From positions 25,918,001-25,982,000 of the forward strand of contig NC_087436.1 of NCBI RefSeq assembly GCF_036321535.1: 64,000 nucleotides of DNA, read 5' to 3'. The first letter of the stretch is position 1; every line of letters begins with the position of its first letter. The notes below the pieces were generated by a model. The model was not told where the DNA came from. It worked only from the letters and a program-made list of their open reading frames with translations, and did not search any database. Made by a program: the position numbers and the translations under genes. Below, piece after piece: positions 52,296 through 64,000 of the stretch. Source of the stretch: Camelus dromedarius (taxonomy: Eukaryota).

Positions 52296-53873
52296 TGCTT
52301 TACTTTTAATAAGTATAGAGTGCTTTGAAACACAAAAACAAATAGTGTCAAGAAATCAGATAGAGAAAACATTTGAGTCTAGGGAATAAACAAGCAAACA
52401 GAAACAAAAACAATCTGAAATAGGTATTGGAATGATTCCACTCTTTGTTGGAATCATATTGCTTTAAATATAGTCTAAGATATCTAATAAAGGCTACTCC
52501 AGCTTATTAAGGGTTGTGGCAATGTCATGGCTTTCACGATAGCTTTACGTCTTCTTACAGTTGTGTGTGTATGATTTTCCAACGAGTTTCTACTTATCTC
52601 AGAATTACAAATCTTTTAGGGCATGTTAGATATTTTTGTGGGTTTTGTCTTTTGTTCTTTGTCTTCTCTAACAGCAAGTATCTCTTCTGGAGCAGGCTAT
52701 TGAAAATCAACATTTAAAAGATAATTTTTAAAATAATGCCATAAAATAATTATCTAAACCTATAACTAGAGAAATTATTTCCAGGAATTATATTTAACTA
52801 AATTGAAGATCAAGAAGGAATTTTGGTGTCTGGAGAAAACTGAGTGAAGTGGTAGAATGGCCACATAATAATGACAAGATTAGGTCTCTAGTTATTTTGA
52901 AAGAGAAAACAGGCTAGCACAGAAATGTGGAAAAGAGATGAGAGAACATGGAGGATGAGAGAACCAAAGTAAAGGAGAAACAGATACGGAGTTCAGCTGC
53001 TTACTGTCTTTAATAGGACAACTTAGTTGATTGTTTACACTGCTTTCTTTTTATTAAAAGCACAATGACCTAAGCTGACTCAGATAATTTCCCCTCTGCT
53101 ACAAACATGAGATCATAGATAAAATGAAACTCTAAAACTAATATCTAATCAAGCACAAAGGAATGAAAGGAATGATTCAAGGAGCACAAAAAATAATAAG
53201 AAGCAGTATGGTGTGAGCTGACAGCCCTATAATCCATAGTGATTTCCATCCTATATTTAGCCTTTAAAGGCTGAAGCCTAGCTTTCTAATCCACAGAGGA
53301 AGACAGGACAAATGGCCTCAGGCTGTTGAATGAAGGTGGTTAAACTCTACTTTCTGACCCTGAAATACTACTTGAAAATCCTTTCAGAGATTCTCCATCT
53401 ATTAAATGTGAAATAAAAAATCTCTACACACAAAAATGTGGACATAATATTTCCATTCTGTATAGTCTTTAGTATAAAGGTAAAAAAGATGGCTGGAAAA
53501 AAAAATCAAAGTCTTGGGAAAAACACATCTCTGCCTAGCTGTAATATTTATGATATTTACCTACAATTTTTCTAGTAGCACTGAAAGCCATATAACCTTG
53601 TCAGAAATAAGGAAACTGAAAGAATATAACCAGATGTGAAAAAACTATCTGATGAAAATTACCTCTTAAAACCCAGTTATAAAACATGAGAAGTGAGCCT
53701 CCATGACAGTTGGTATATGCAAGAAACAAATTGACATTAAAAACTGAAAATAATAGGATAAAAAGAAGGAAACTACTAAATATATGCTTAAAATTCTTTA
53801 AGAGATAACAAAGAAAGAAAAGAACAAACAAAAAATAGAACTTGTAAGTAGTATATGTATAATAATTGAACTG

Positions 53874-54894
53874 TCATTTGAACCTTTTTTTGACTGACAA
53901 GGGCTTAATTTCCAGAATATACAAACAGCTTATACAATTCAATAACAAAAAACAACCAACCCAATTCAAAAATGGGTAGAAGACATAAACATTTCTCCAA
54001 TGAAGACATAAAAATGGCCAATAGGCACGTTAAAAAAAAATGCTCAACATTGCCAATTATCAGAGAAACGCAAATCAAAACTACAAGCAGGTATCACCTC
54101 ATACCAGTCAGAATGGCCACCATTATTAAAAAGTCCACAAATGATAAATGTTGGAAAGGGTGTGGAGAAAAGGGGATCCCCTATGCTGTTGGTGGTAATG
54201 TAGTTTGGTGAGGCCGTTATGGAAAAAAGTATGGAGATTACTTAAAAAACTGAAAATAGACTTACTCTATGATCTAGCAACCCTACTCCTAGGCATATAT
54301 CCACAGAAAACTCTAATTTGAAAAGATACATGCACTGCTATGTTCATAGCAGTATTATTTACAATAGCCAAGACATGGAAACAACCTAAATGTTCATCAA
54401 CAGAGGACTGGATAAAGAAGCTATGGTATATATATATATATATATGCATATATATATATGCAATGGCATATTACTCAGCCATAAAAAAGAATAAAATAAT
54501 TCCATTTGCAGCATTAGACATGGAGCAACCTGGAGACTTCCATACTAAGTGAAATAAGTCAGAAAGAGAACAAAATTACTATATAATATCACTTATATGT
54601 GTAATATTTTAAAAAGGACAAAAAATAACTTATTTAGAAAACAGAAACAGACTCAAGAGATACAAAACACATGGTTACCAGGGGGAAAGGGAGTATGGGA
54701 GATAAGTTCGAAGTTCAAGATTTGTAGATGCTAACTACTATGTATAAAATAGATAAACAATAAGGTCCTATTATATAGCATAGGGAACTATATTCAATAC
54801 CTTGTAATGGCCTATAATGAAATTATATACAGAAATTAACACAACATTGTAAACTGACTATACTTCAATGAAAAAGTAAAAAAAATAAAAATAA
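53874..54894 (+). mobile_element. Young 5'-truncated LINE-1
   Basis: ORF2 C-terminal peptides and 3'UTR; 13-bp TSD AATAATTGAACTG at 53861-53873 and 54895-54907. Confidence 0.94.
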
Positions 54895-54907
54895 AATAAT
54901 TGAACTG

Positions 54908-56900
54908 AAAAATCACTTGAAAGACTAGAGAAGATTAGACAGAGCTAAATAGAGAACTGGTGAACTAGGAGATGGATCTAAGGAAATTACCTAACATGCC
55001 TCAGAGAAAGTTTAAGCAGCAGGTAACAGTGACTGACAGGGAACACCAGAAGTTTTCTGGGATGTTTGTGATCTCCTTCTTAATCTGGAGAATGGTTAAG
55101 AATGGAATGATCATTTTGTGAAAACTCGTGGAGTTCAAAAATTAAGAGTAATCAACTTCTATAAAGAGGTAAAAAAAAGTTAGGTATAAGTACACAAAAT
55201 ACGGGGTATATAACATCTGAAATTGTCAAGGGGAAAGGTAATATAAACAGTTCTATAAATTGTAGGGAAGTGAAAAATGAAATAAAAGTAGGAAAATTAA
55301 TAAGATTAGTTGATACACAAAACACAAAATAAAATGATTAAAATAGCCCAAATATAAATCTACCTCTCTAAATACAGAGAACATTAGATTTTATAAAATA
55401 ACAAATTCTATTTAAAAGAATTGTACTTACAACATGATGACTAAGACCTATCTCCTTTGAAAACAGGAACAAAATAAGACCTTTTTTCTTTAAACCTATG
55501 AGGGTTCTAGCCAGTGTAGAAAGAAAAGAAGAGAAAATAAAGGACTTTAGCTTTAAAAAGGAAGAAATACATTCTCATAAAGCCTATCCTTTATGAAAGT
55601 CTATATCGAAAAACCAAATCCTTAAAATTAGACTTCACTAAGATGATGGATACAAGATAAATATTCAAATTAAACCCGTGGTCAAGTCTGTGGATAAGAA
55701 AAATGTTACATGTTCCTTTCCAATCTGATATTTACTTTTTCTTTCTTTACTGTACTGGTTAGAACTATGAATTCAATGTTGAATAGAAGGAGTGAAAGCA
55801 GATATACTTGCCTTGGCCCCAATTTTAGGATGAAAGCATATAATCTTTGATATTAAGGATAATGCTAACTTTTTTTTTTTTAGATAATCTTTGTGTTTCA
55901 TTTTGCAGTTTCTATTGTTTTGGCTTCAAATCCACGTATCTTTTCAAGTGCACTATATACTCTTACATTAATCTCATTCAGTGTATATTTTCATCTCAGA
56001 TATTTTAGTTTTTGTCTCTAGAATTTTGAGTTTTTGACCATATGAAATACAGTTACAATAAAGGCTTTAAAGTCCTTTTTCACAAATTCTAACATTTGTC
56101 AGTTGTCTGTCAGTTTTGATAATTATTTTTTCCCCTCATTAGAGGTTATATTTTCCTTTTTCCTATCATGCCTAGTTCTACGATTGGATGGCATACATTT
56201 TGATTTTTATATTCAAATGCTGCTATTCTATTTGAGAATATTCTATATATATATATATTTGAGAGAGATATATATCTATTTGAGATATATTTATATATAT
56301 ATATATAAAATCTTTATTCTAGGAGGTAGTTTAGTTACCTGAAAACAAGAACAGTTGGATTCATTTTGGTCTTGCTTTTATGATTTTTTTAGGTAGTTCC
56401 TGAGCAGTGCTGAGTACTTGGCTAATTAATCCCGATTACTGAGGTAAGACTGTCCTGAATATTCCATTCAGTGCTTTATAAATCTTGAGATATTCCAGTC
56501 TGGCTGATGGCGACAGGTACTATTCCCTGCCCTATGTGAGTACCAGTCACTGTCTTCTAATCTTCTTGAATATTCTTCCCCCAGATACTTGGGTGTCTCG
56601 CTCATATGTATGTGCTGTTCAGTACTTTGTTGAATACTCAGGGAGACTCTCTGTAGATATCCAGAATTCTCTCCCTGTGCACTTTTCTCCTCTCCAGTGC
56701 TTTCTCTTGTCAAGTATAGCTGCTTAGTTCTCCCTAGGTGACTCAGCTTCCTTAGTTCAGGGGGTCTTCAGGGCTATGCACCAGACTTGGAACCTTTCCC
56801 AAGGCAGGAAGTTGGGGCAAATAAGGCTCTTCTGGTTTGCTTCCCTTCTTTCAGATATCACTGTTTTTGTTGTCTGAGGTTTATTGTCTTGAAAACTATT
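54908..56900. mobile_element. Mosaic of old L1M fragments (sense to ~55680, antisense ~55710-56900)
   Basis: L1 motifs such as tcaatgttgaatagaaggagtgaaagcagatatacttgcc and ggatacaagataaatattcaaa. Confidence 0.6.
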
Positions 56901-56905
56901 TTTTT

Positions 56906-57200
56906 TAGAGCAGTGAGAATACTCTGTATGATAGCATGATGATGGATACAGTTGTCCAAATGCACAGAATGTACACCACCAAGAGTGAACCATTATGTGA
57001 ACTACAGACTTAAGGTGATTATGATGTGTCAATGTAGGTTCATCAGTTGTAACAAATGTACCACTCTGGTGGGGGATGTTGATAACAGAGGGAGACTCTT
57101 CATATGTGGGGGCAGGAGATATACAGGAAATCTCTGTACCTACCTCCCAACTTTGTATGAACTAAAACTGCTCTAAAAATAAAATCTTAATTAAAAAATA
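56906..57200 (+). mobile_element. L1MC1/2-like 3' end
   Basis: gaatgtacaccaccaagagtgaacc..gatgtgtcaatgtaggttcatcagttgtaacaaatgtaccactctggtggggg..aaaactgctctaaaaataaa. Confidence 0.85.
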
Positions 57201-58699
57201 CTATCAGGAAACTGATAGTATAAGTAAAAGAGACAAAAGGAGGAAAATAAGTGATAAAAAATAAATGATTTTCAACTTTGTTAATCAAGAAGTGCAAATT
57301 AAAACAATGTTTTTTCCATCAGATAAGACTTTTAAAATGATTAGAGACTTTCTCACATACTACTGATAAAAATGAATTTAACCTAATGTTTCTGCAAAGA
57401 AATTTGGAAAACACAATTTAAAATATGCAAAAAACCCCATTGTTTCTTGTTTTGATCTGTGTTCTTTGTTGTTACAGATGGGACTATAAGTCTGTTACCT
57501 GTTACTGTATTTTGGCTAGAACTTATGTTTTATTACCTATCATTTTAAAATATACTTTTCATTTATTTTTGATTTTTAAAATGCTTCTCTCCTCTTTTCT
57601 CTGTTTTTCTTATTTCTCTAATATTGTTGTATATTCCTCTTTTCTGTTTTTTCCCTACTGTATCTCTCCTGCTTTGTTTTATTCCATGAGTCCTTACCCC
57701 ATATCTCTTTCCTAATATCTGAGAGGTCTGGTTTTATACATTTAGGTTTCCTAGAGATATATTTCTGAGCTTTTACATATCTAATTTTACCTGAACTTTC
57801 AATTATTGCATAAAATTTTTTCCCCATTTGTATATATTAAATTACTATTTTTAATCTTTGTTGCTGTTTATTTCTGGTGTTTTCCCATTATTTATTGAAA
57901 CATCTGGTTTATTATTATCTTTTTTATTGGAATATACTTGCATGGGGTTAGATTTTATATTATTGATTTATTTTTGTAGTATCTTATGTTTAAATGATGA
58001 GGGTTTTTCGGGGAAAATATCTGGGGCACATTTTCAAATTTCACGGCTTTCTCAAGCATTTGCTCCCTGGGATACTATTCCAGATTATTTGAACTGAAGG
58101 TCCAGTGTTTTTGTCCTATTCAGTTTCAATTCTGTAATTAGTATTTGGTTTTTGTGTGAGCCATCTTCCTTTGCAAGAGAGTATTAGCTTAATATATTGG
58201 AAATTCTTAAGGGGGTATGTTTCTGAAATAGCAATATTTAATCTTCCGTATCTGTCCACAGGCTTTTGCACTGCAATTACTCAGCCTCTGTGAGGAATTT
58301 TCTCAGTTTCACCAGTCATTCTCATTGCATCTATTCAGGTTTCCACTCAGGGTGGAACACATTGCTTTGAATGGTGAGAATTTTTTGGCTTTTTTGGGAG
58401 GGGGTAGTTATTTACATGGTTTATAGGTATTTTTGTATTGTATTTTCACTCTGCCACTCCCACAACCAGCTGCTGTTCTATTGTTACTGCTTTGGTCACT
58501 TGGTCAACTTCATTCTTCTTTTGAAATTCTTGGGTATTCTTGTTGCCTCATTTTTAAAAGATGTAATGTGTAGTATATCTTTTCCTTCTTTTTGTCTTTT
58601 TGAACTTACTTGGTTTTTAGAAGGATTTGGGGGATAATAGTTAAATACTTGAGTTTGTTATAGGCATAATTTTGAGAAAATAAAGCAAAATTAAAAGAG

Positions 58700-59330
58700 A
58701 AGAAATATAATTTAAAAATCAATAACCATGGTAAGAAATACTACGTTATAAGGGAATAACTCTGACAAAGGAAATGTAATATATTTATGGAAAAAGCTTA
58801 TAAAGCTATTGACAAAACAAAAAAAATGCTAAACAAGTGAAGATATATATTGTGTTTGTGAGTGGCACAACTCAGAATAGTAAACATGCCAGTTCTGACC
58901 AAGCAAATCTATTCACCCATTGTATTTCACAGAATTTGATCCAACTTTTCCTAAAATGTACACAAAAATGAAAAAAGTAAGATTAGAAAAAACACTGATA
59001 AAGAAAAGTAAAGGGAAGCTTATCAACACTTATTGCAATGAAAGTATTTGTAAGATTACAATGATATAAATATTAGTAATACACACAAGAAAATTTATGG
59101 ATACTTGCATGGTAAACTTATTCAAGCAAGGGAAGGAGTATCACAAAACTGAAATAATGTTTACTTTAGTGGAGCAAAGGTAAGTAATGGGATTGTAAAG
59201 ATACTCAAGAGACTTCAACTTCCCTTACAATATTTAAGTTCTTTAACAAATATTAGAATCAAATATGGCAAAATTTAACATCATTAAATCTGAGTGATCA
59301 TTCCTAGTGTGCCAGTTATGTTTTCTCCTC
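58700..59330 (+). mobile_element. Very old L1ME-like fragments
   Basis: aaacaagtgaagatatatattgtgtttgtg..aactcagaatagtaaacatgccagttct. Confidence 0.5.
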
Positions 59331-60186
59331 CTCCCCCTCTATCTCCTCCTCTTTCTCTCTTTGTTTGCAGGAAATGAGAAGTTTTTTCAAATATACCTGA
59401 ATTATATGATTGTTTTCCATTGGTCAGTAGACAATAGTCTGATTTTTAAAAAACTAAGAAAATGTTTATATTGCTCTATTTCTTTCCTCTAACTTTCTGT
59501 TTTTATTTTGGTTGGTAGTGTGGATGGAATCTAAGAATAGAATTTATGAGGAGAAAACAGCTGTTAGCACCAAAATTATAGAGTCCATTAACTCTCCTTA
59601 CAATATGCATTGTGCATAATTGCATGATTCAATTTTATTTAGGTTTAAAGCCTTTTAAAAAGTGTAGCAATAAATACTAGACCACCAAACACTAAAAATT
59701 TGTGATGAATAAACTGGTTTCAGATTACATTTTAAATACTGCAAAGCTATTTATTCTTTAAAAAGAGGGAAAAGTAAAACATCAGCTAATCAGACTAGCT
59801 AAACATTATACAGAGAAAAACTACTTGGGGATTTCACTAGTCATTTTTAGGATTTGTGTTTGAGGCATGGTAATGGCAACACAAATAATATGGGGGGCAA
59901 GAGATATCTGTTACTCAGTTGGGATAACTGAAAAGATGATCCCCAAAGTGGAGCTTGATATTCAGTTACATTGGGTAACACAGATCTTTCTGAACAGAGG
60001 GTAAGGGTAGTCTATTACCTATGAAATTTAATAAAGTGGAGTGCAAGGAATAGTGTTATTTTATATAGTATCTTTTAGATTGCTTGAAAGAAGTTTAAAA
60101 CTGATGCAGCACACATAGTAAGTGACAGTTGAACTAATTTCTCTTATATAGCATGTTAGAAATATCTATAAGGACAAAAATGAAAA

Positions 60187-60730
60187 TGTAACACATTAAG
60201 CATTTTCAATGACTTTCAAAATTTTTGGTCATGCCCCATGGCACCTTGGCAAACTTGCACATATCCACAGCTAATCTGAGTCTTGGCAGATGCCTGGTGA
60301 CACTCCCAGAACACAAGAGGATAGAAGGCATGTAAAGAAAGCGCTTCTACAGAGCAATCTCCCACTCATTCCCCTCCATTTCCCCTGAGAGGTTATCTTG
60401 AGACAGTTTCTCATCACCTCCTGGGTTCTGATGAGATAGGAGGTTTCTGGAACTCTGCACTAGAATAAAGCTTCAATACATAAAACTACTTAGCTTCAGT
60501 CAAAATTAGTCCCTCAGAAACACAGTATCGCACTATTCATTTGGCCCTTTTTATTTCAGTGTCATTGTTTTTGATGTTGAGACAAAGACCATGGGAAACT
60601 GGTATATCTTGCTAATTTTTTTTTCTCTATTGTGAGTAATAAAGTCTCTGAATCTAAAAATGACTCACTGCACCACTGCTAATAAAATCAGTCAGGACTT
60701 GGACTAGCTTTATCTTGTGTGTGCTTGACA
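60187..60730 (+). mobile_element. ERVL solo LTR (MER54/73/74-like)
   Basis: tgtgagtaataaagtctctg poly(A) region and gtgtgcttgaca terminus; left end uncertain. Confidence 0.55.
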
Positions 60731-62074
60731 GAGCCAGATTAAGAAATAATTTTGCATCATTGAAACAGGACAATGGGTCATCTTCCCAGAACTGAATCAA
60801 TAAATGTGTTAGTTCTGCTTTATGGGTCCTTGCATTCCAGCCCTTGGAACCAATCTCCTACCCACCACACACATGCACACAAACACACACATGCACACTC
60901 ACACATTATATCTATAACATAGCCTCTGAATGTTCCTGATATCTGGATTCTTATCTTCCTATTTAAGTGCATTATTTTATCCAGAAATATGGTTCTGTCA
61001 AGTGTCATTTCTCCCAGGAATTGAAATAGTGCCTTGAAATACAATTCTTGCAGCTAAGTCCTAACGTTAATGTCAAAATCTCTGGATCTGACTATCCACT
61101 CCAAGGAGCACGTCATTATCACCTGTTAGACTATGATTTCTAACTGTAATTAATTTAATTTATATTGTCTTTACTGCTATATTCTTGTACATAAGGTAGC
61201 ATTAGTTACAGTGTAGGTGCTCAATTATAATTTTGATTAAGTAAAAGAAATACTAGATAGTCGTGGCATAACATAACAACAAATAGGACAATTTATCCCA
61301 AGGCATGGTGAAAAACTTGCAAGTATTTTAGAAAGGTGTTGACTTAATTTCAGTCTTATGAATTAAATTGATAAAAATGACACTATCAAAAAGTTACATG
61401 GCATCTTCAGTGCCTTGGAATATTGTAGGAGTAAATGGTGTAGGGATCACGTTGTTTTCTCTTCTTTCAGTTGAAGCTTTGAGAAGACAAGTAAAAAAGA
61501 AAAAAAATTAAAAATATATATAAATTTTTAATAACAAGATACTGTTATATACTCTATTTTATGTTACTAAGATAGTGAGCTTAGGGTTGGGGTAAACAGT
61601 TTTTATTAAATCATTTTAAATAACGTAAGTTGGCAAGATAAATGCTGACCTGAACTAACAACCTTTTATGTCTATCCTACTGAGAAAATTTTTAAATGCA
61701 CTCAGGAACAAAGACTAAATTATGAACACATATATTCCATCCTCTAGTAATAACTACTCTAACATTTTATCACATTTAATGTCTGTGTTTTCACTAAATA
61801 ATTAAATATTACCTACCTGGCTAAAATTCCTTTCATGTCTTATCATTTTTTTTTTCTACTCACCACTATGCCCACAATCTCTGTTACCATAATAATCAGA
61901 AAGATTGGAAACATAGATGAGATAAGATTCAATTCATGAGAAGAATGTTTTTGGGTTTTTGTTTTTTTGAGAGAGACACACGGGTATTCTGAAATTCCAG
62001 CCCACCGACTAGAGGGGGTGGGTTGTGACTTTCTCTAATCTTAAGTCAAAAGAGCAGTGCTTCCTCAAAATTAG

Positions 62075-63496
62075 ACTTCTAAGTATTTTATCTTTTTTTG
62101 ATGCAACTTTAGAAGGGATTGTTTTTTACTTTCTTTTTCTGGTATTTCATTATTAGTGTAAAGAAATGCAACAGATCTCTGTATGTTAACCTTGTAACCT
62201 GCTACCTTGCTGAATCTGTTTATCAGCTCTAGTAGTTTTTGTGTGGAGTCATTAGGATTTTCTATACATAGTATCATGCCATATACATATAGTGACAATT
62301 TTACTTTTTCCCTTGCAATTTGGATCCATTTTATTTATTTATTTATTTTTGTCTGATTGCTATGGCTACAACTTCCAATACAATGTTGAATAGAACTGGT
62401 GAGAATGGACATCCTTGTCTAGTTCCAGATTTTAGCGGGAAGGCTTTCAACTTTCACCATTGATTATTATGTTGGCTGTGGGTTTGTCATAAATAGCTTT
62501 TATTATGTTGAGATATATTCCCTCTATATCCACTTTGGTAAGAGATCTTATCATAAATGGATGTTGAATTTTATCAAATGATTTTTCTGTATCTATTGAG
62601 ATGATCATGTGATTTCCGTCCTTTGTTTTGATGACTTAGGAATAAACCTGACCAAGGAGGTGAAAGACTTATACACTGAGAACTATAAAACATTAGGAAA
62701 TTAAAGATGATTTAAAGAAATGAAAAGATGTCCCATGCTCTTGGATTAGAAGAATTAATATTGTTAAAACAGCCATGCTACCCAAAGCAATCTACAGATT
62801 TAATACAGTCTCTATCAAATTACCCATGACATTTTTCACAGAACTAGAGCAAATAATCCTAAAATTTCTATGGAATCACAGAAGACCCAGAATTGTCAAA
62901 GAAATACTGAAGAAAAAGAACCAAGCTGCAGGCATAAACCTACCAGACTTCAGACAATATTGCAAAGCCACAGTAATTAAAACAGCTTGGTACTGGCACA
63001 AAAAGAGACATACAGATCAATGGTACAGAATAGAGAGCCCAGGAATAAACCCACACACCTATGGTCAATTGATCTTCAACAAAGGAGGCAAAAATATATA
63101 GTCTCTTTGGTATATGGTGTTGGGAAAGCTGGACAGTTGCAAGTAAATCAGTGAAGTTAGAACACTTTCTCACACCATACACAAAAATAAACTCAAAACC
63201 CCTTAAATACTTACATGAGACAGGACACCATAAGCCTCCTAGAAGAGAACATAGGCAAAATGTCCTCTGACATAAATCTTAGCAATGTTCTCCTAGGGCA
63301 GTCTACCCAGCCAACAGAAATAAAAGCAAAAATAAACAAATGGGATATAATTAAACTTACGAGCTTTTGCACAGCAAAGTAAATCATAAACAAAATGAAA
63401 ACACAACCTATGGACTGGGAGAAAATATTTGCAAATGATAAGCCTGACAAGGGCTTAATTTCCAGAATATACAAAAAACTCATACAACTTAGTAAT

Positions 63497-63531
<35 letters not shown>

Positions 63532-64000
63532 ACAAGCAACTAATCAAAAAAATGGGTGGAAGACCTAAACAGACATTTCTCCGGTAAAGACATACAAATG
63601 GCCAATAGGCACATGAGAAAATGCTCAATATCACTAATTAACAGAGAAATGCCAAATCAAAACTACAATGAGGCATCACCACACACTGGTCAGAATGACC
63701 ATCATTAAAAAGTCCACAAAGAATAAATGCTAGAGAGGGTGTGGAGAAAATGGAGTATAATAATGACATTTACAGTAACATTGATGGACCTGGAGATCGT
63801 CATAGTAAGTGAAGTAAGTCACACAGAGGAAGACAAATATCATATGATATCACTTATATGTGGAACCTAAAAATAATGACAGAAATGAGCTTATTTACAG
63901 AACAGAAACAGACTCACAGACATAGAAGACAAACTTACGGTCATCAAAGGGGAAAGGCAGGGCAGCGGGGGGATAAATTAGGAGTTTGGGATTAGCAGAT
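62075..64000 (+). mobile_element. Young LINE-1 with 5' inversion (antisense ~62075-62633, sense ~62634 to window end)
   Basis: Minus-strand ORF2 RT-region peptide (..QKLLELINRFSKVAGYKVN..IKYL) is directly continued by plus-strand acttaggaataaacc..[10 protein letters not shown]. Confidence 0.93.
63496..63533. repeat. (AAC)n microsatellite inside L1 ORF2
   Basis: About 11 AAC units. Confidence 0.92.

Noticed and set aside
57425..59492. Hydrophobic F/L/I-rich ORFs as membrane proteins
   Set aside because: Expected from T-rich, degenerate L1-like sequence
63211..63531. Poly-Leu signal-peptide-like ORF on the minus strand
   Set aside because: Antisense reading of an (AAC)n microsatellite within L1

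Overview
This is AT-rich, CpG-poor eutherian genomic DNA. It is probably camelid or another cetartiodactyl: the young L1 3' ends are artiodactyl-type and I see no Bov/CHR/PRE-1/Alu SINEs (inference). I recognise no host protein-coding gene. The only ORFs resembling known proteins are LINE-1 ORF2 fragments. About half of the window is interspersed repeat: six young 5'-truncated L1s (four with TSDs, two with clear twin-priming inversions and one possible micro-inversion), old L1M/L2/MIR fragments, MaLR/ERVL/ERV1 solo LTRs (some nested), MER5 and a Tigger1-derived MITE. The unique DNA holds a candidate TATA/Inr-driven spliced transcript (12.5-13.5 kb), a candidate 27-nt minus-strand microexon, a perfect 86-bp tandem duplication and some enhancer-like motif clusters. 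I found no convincing novel biological system. Repeat family names come from recalled consensus similarity, not a database search, and boundaries without TSDs are approximate.
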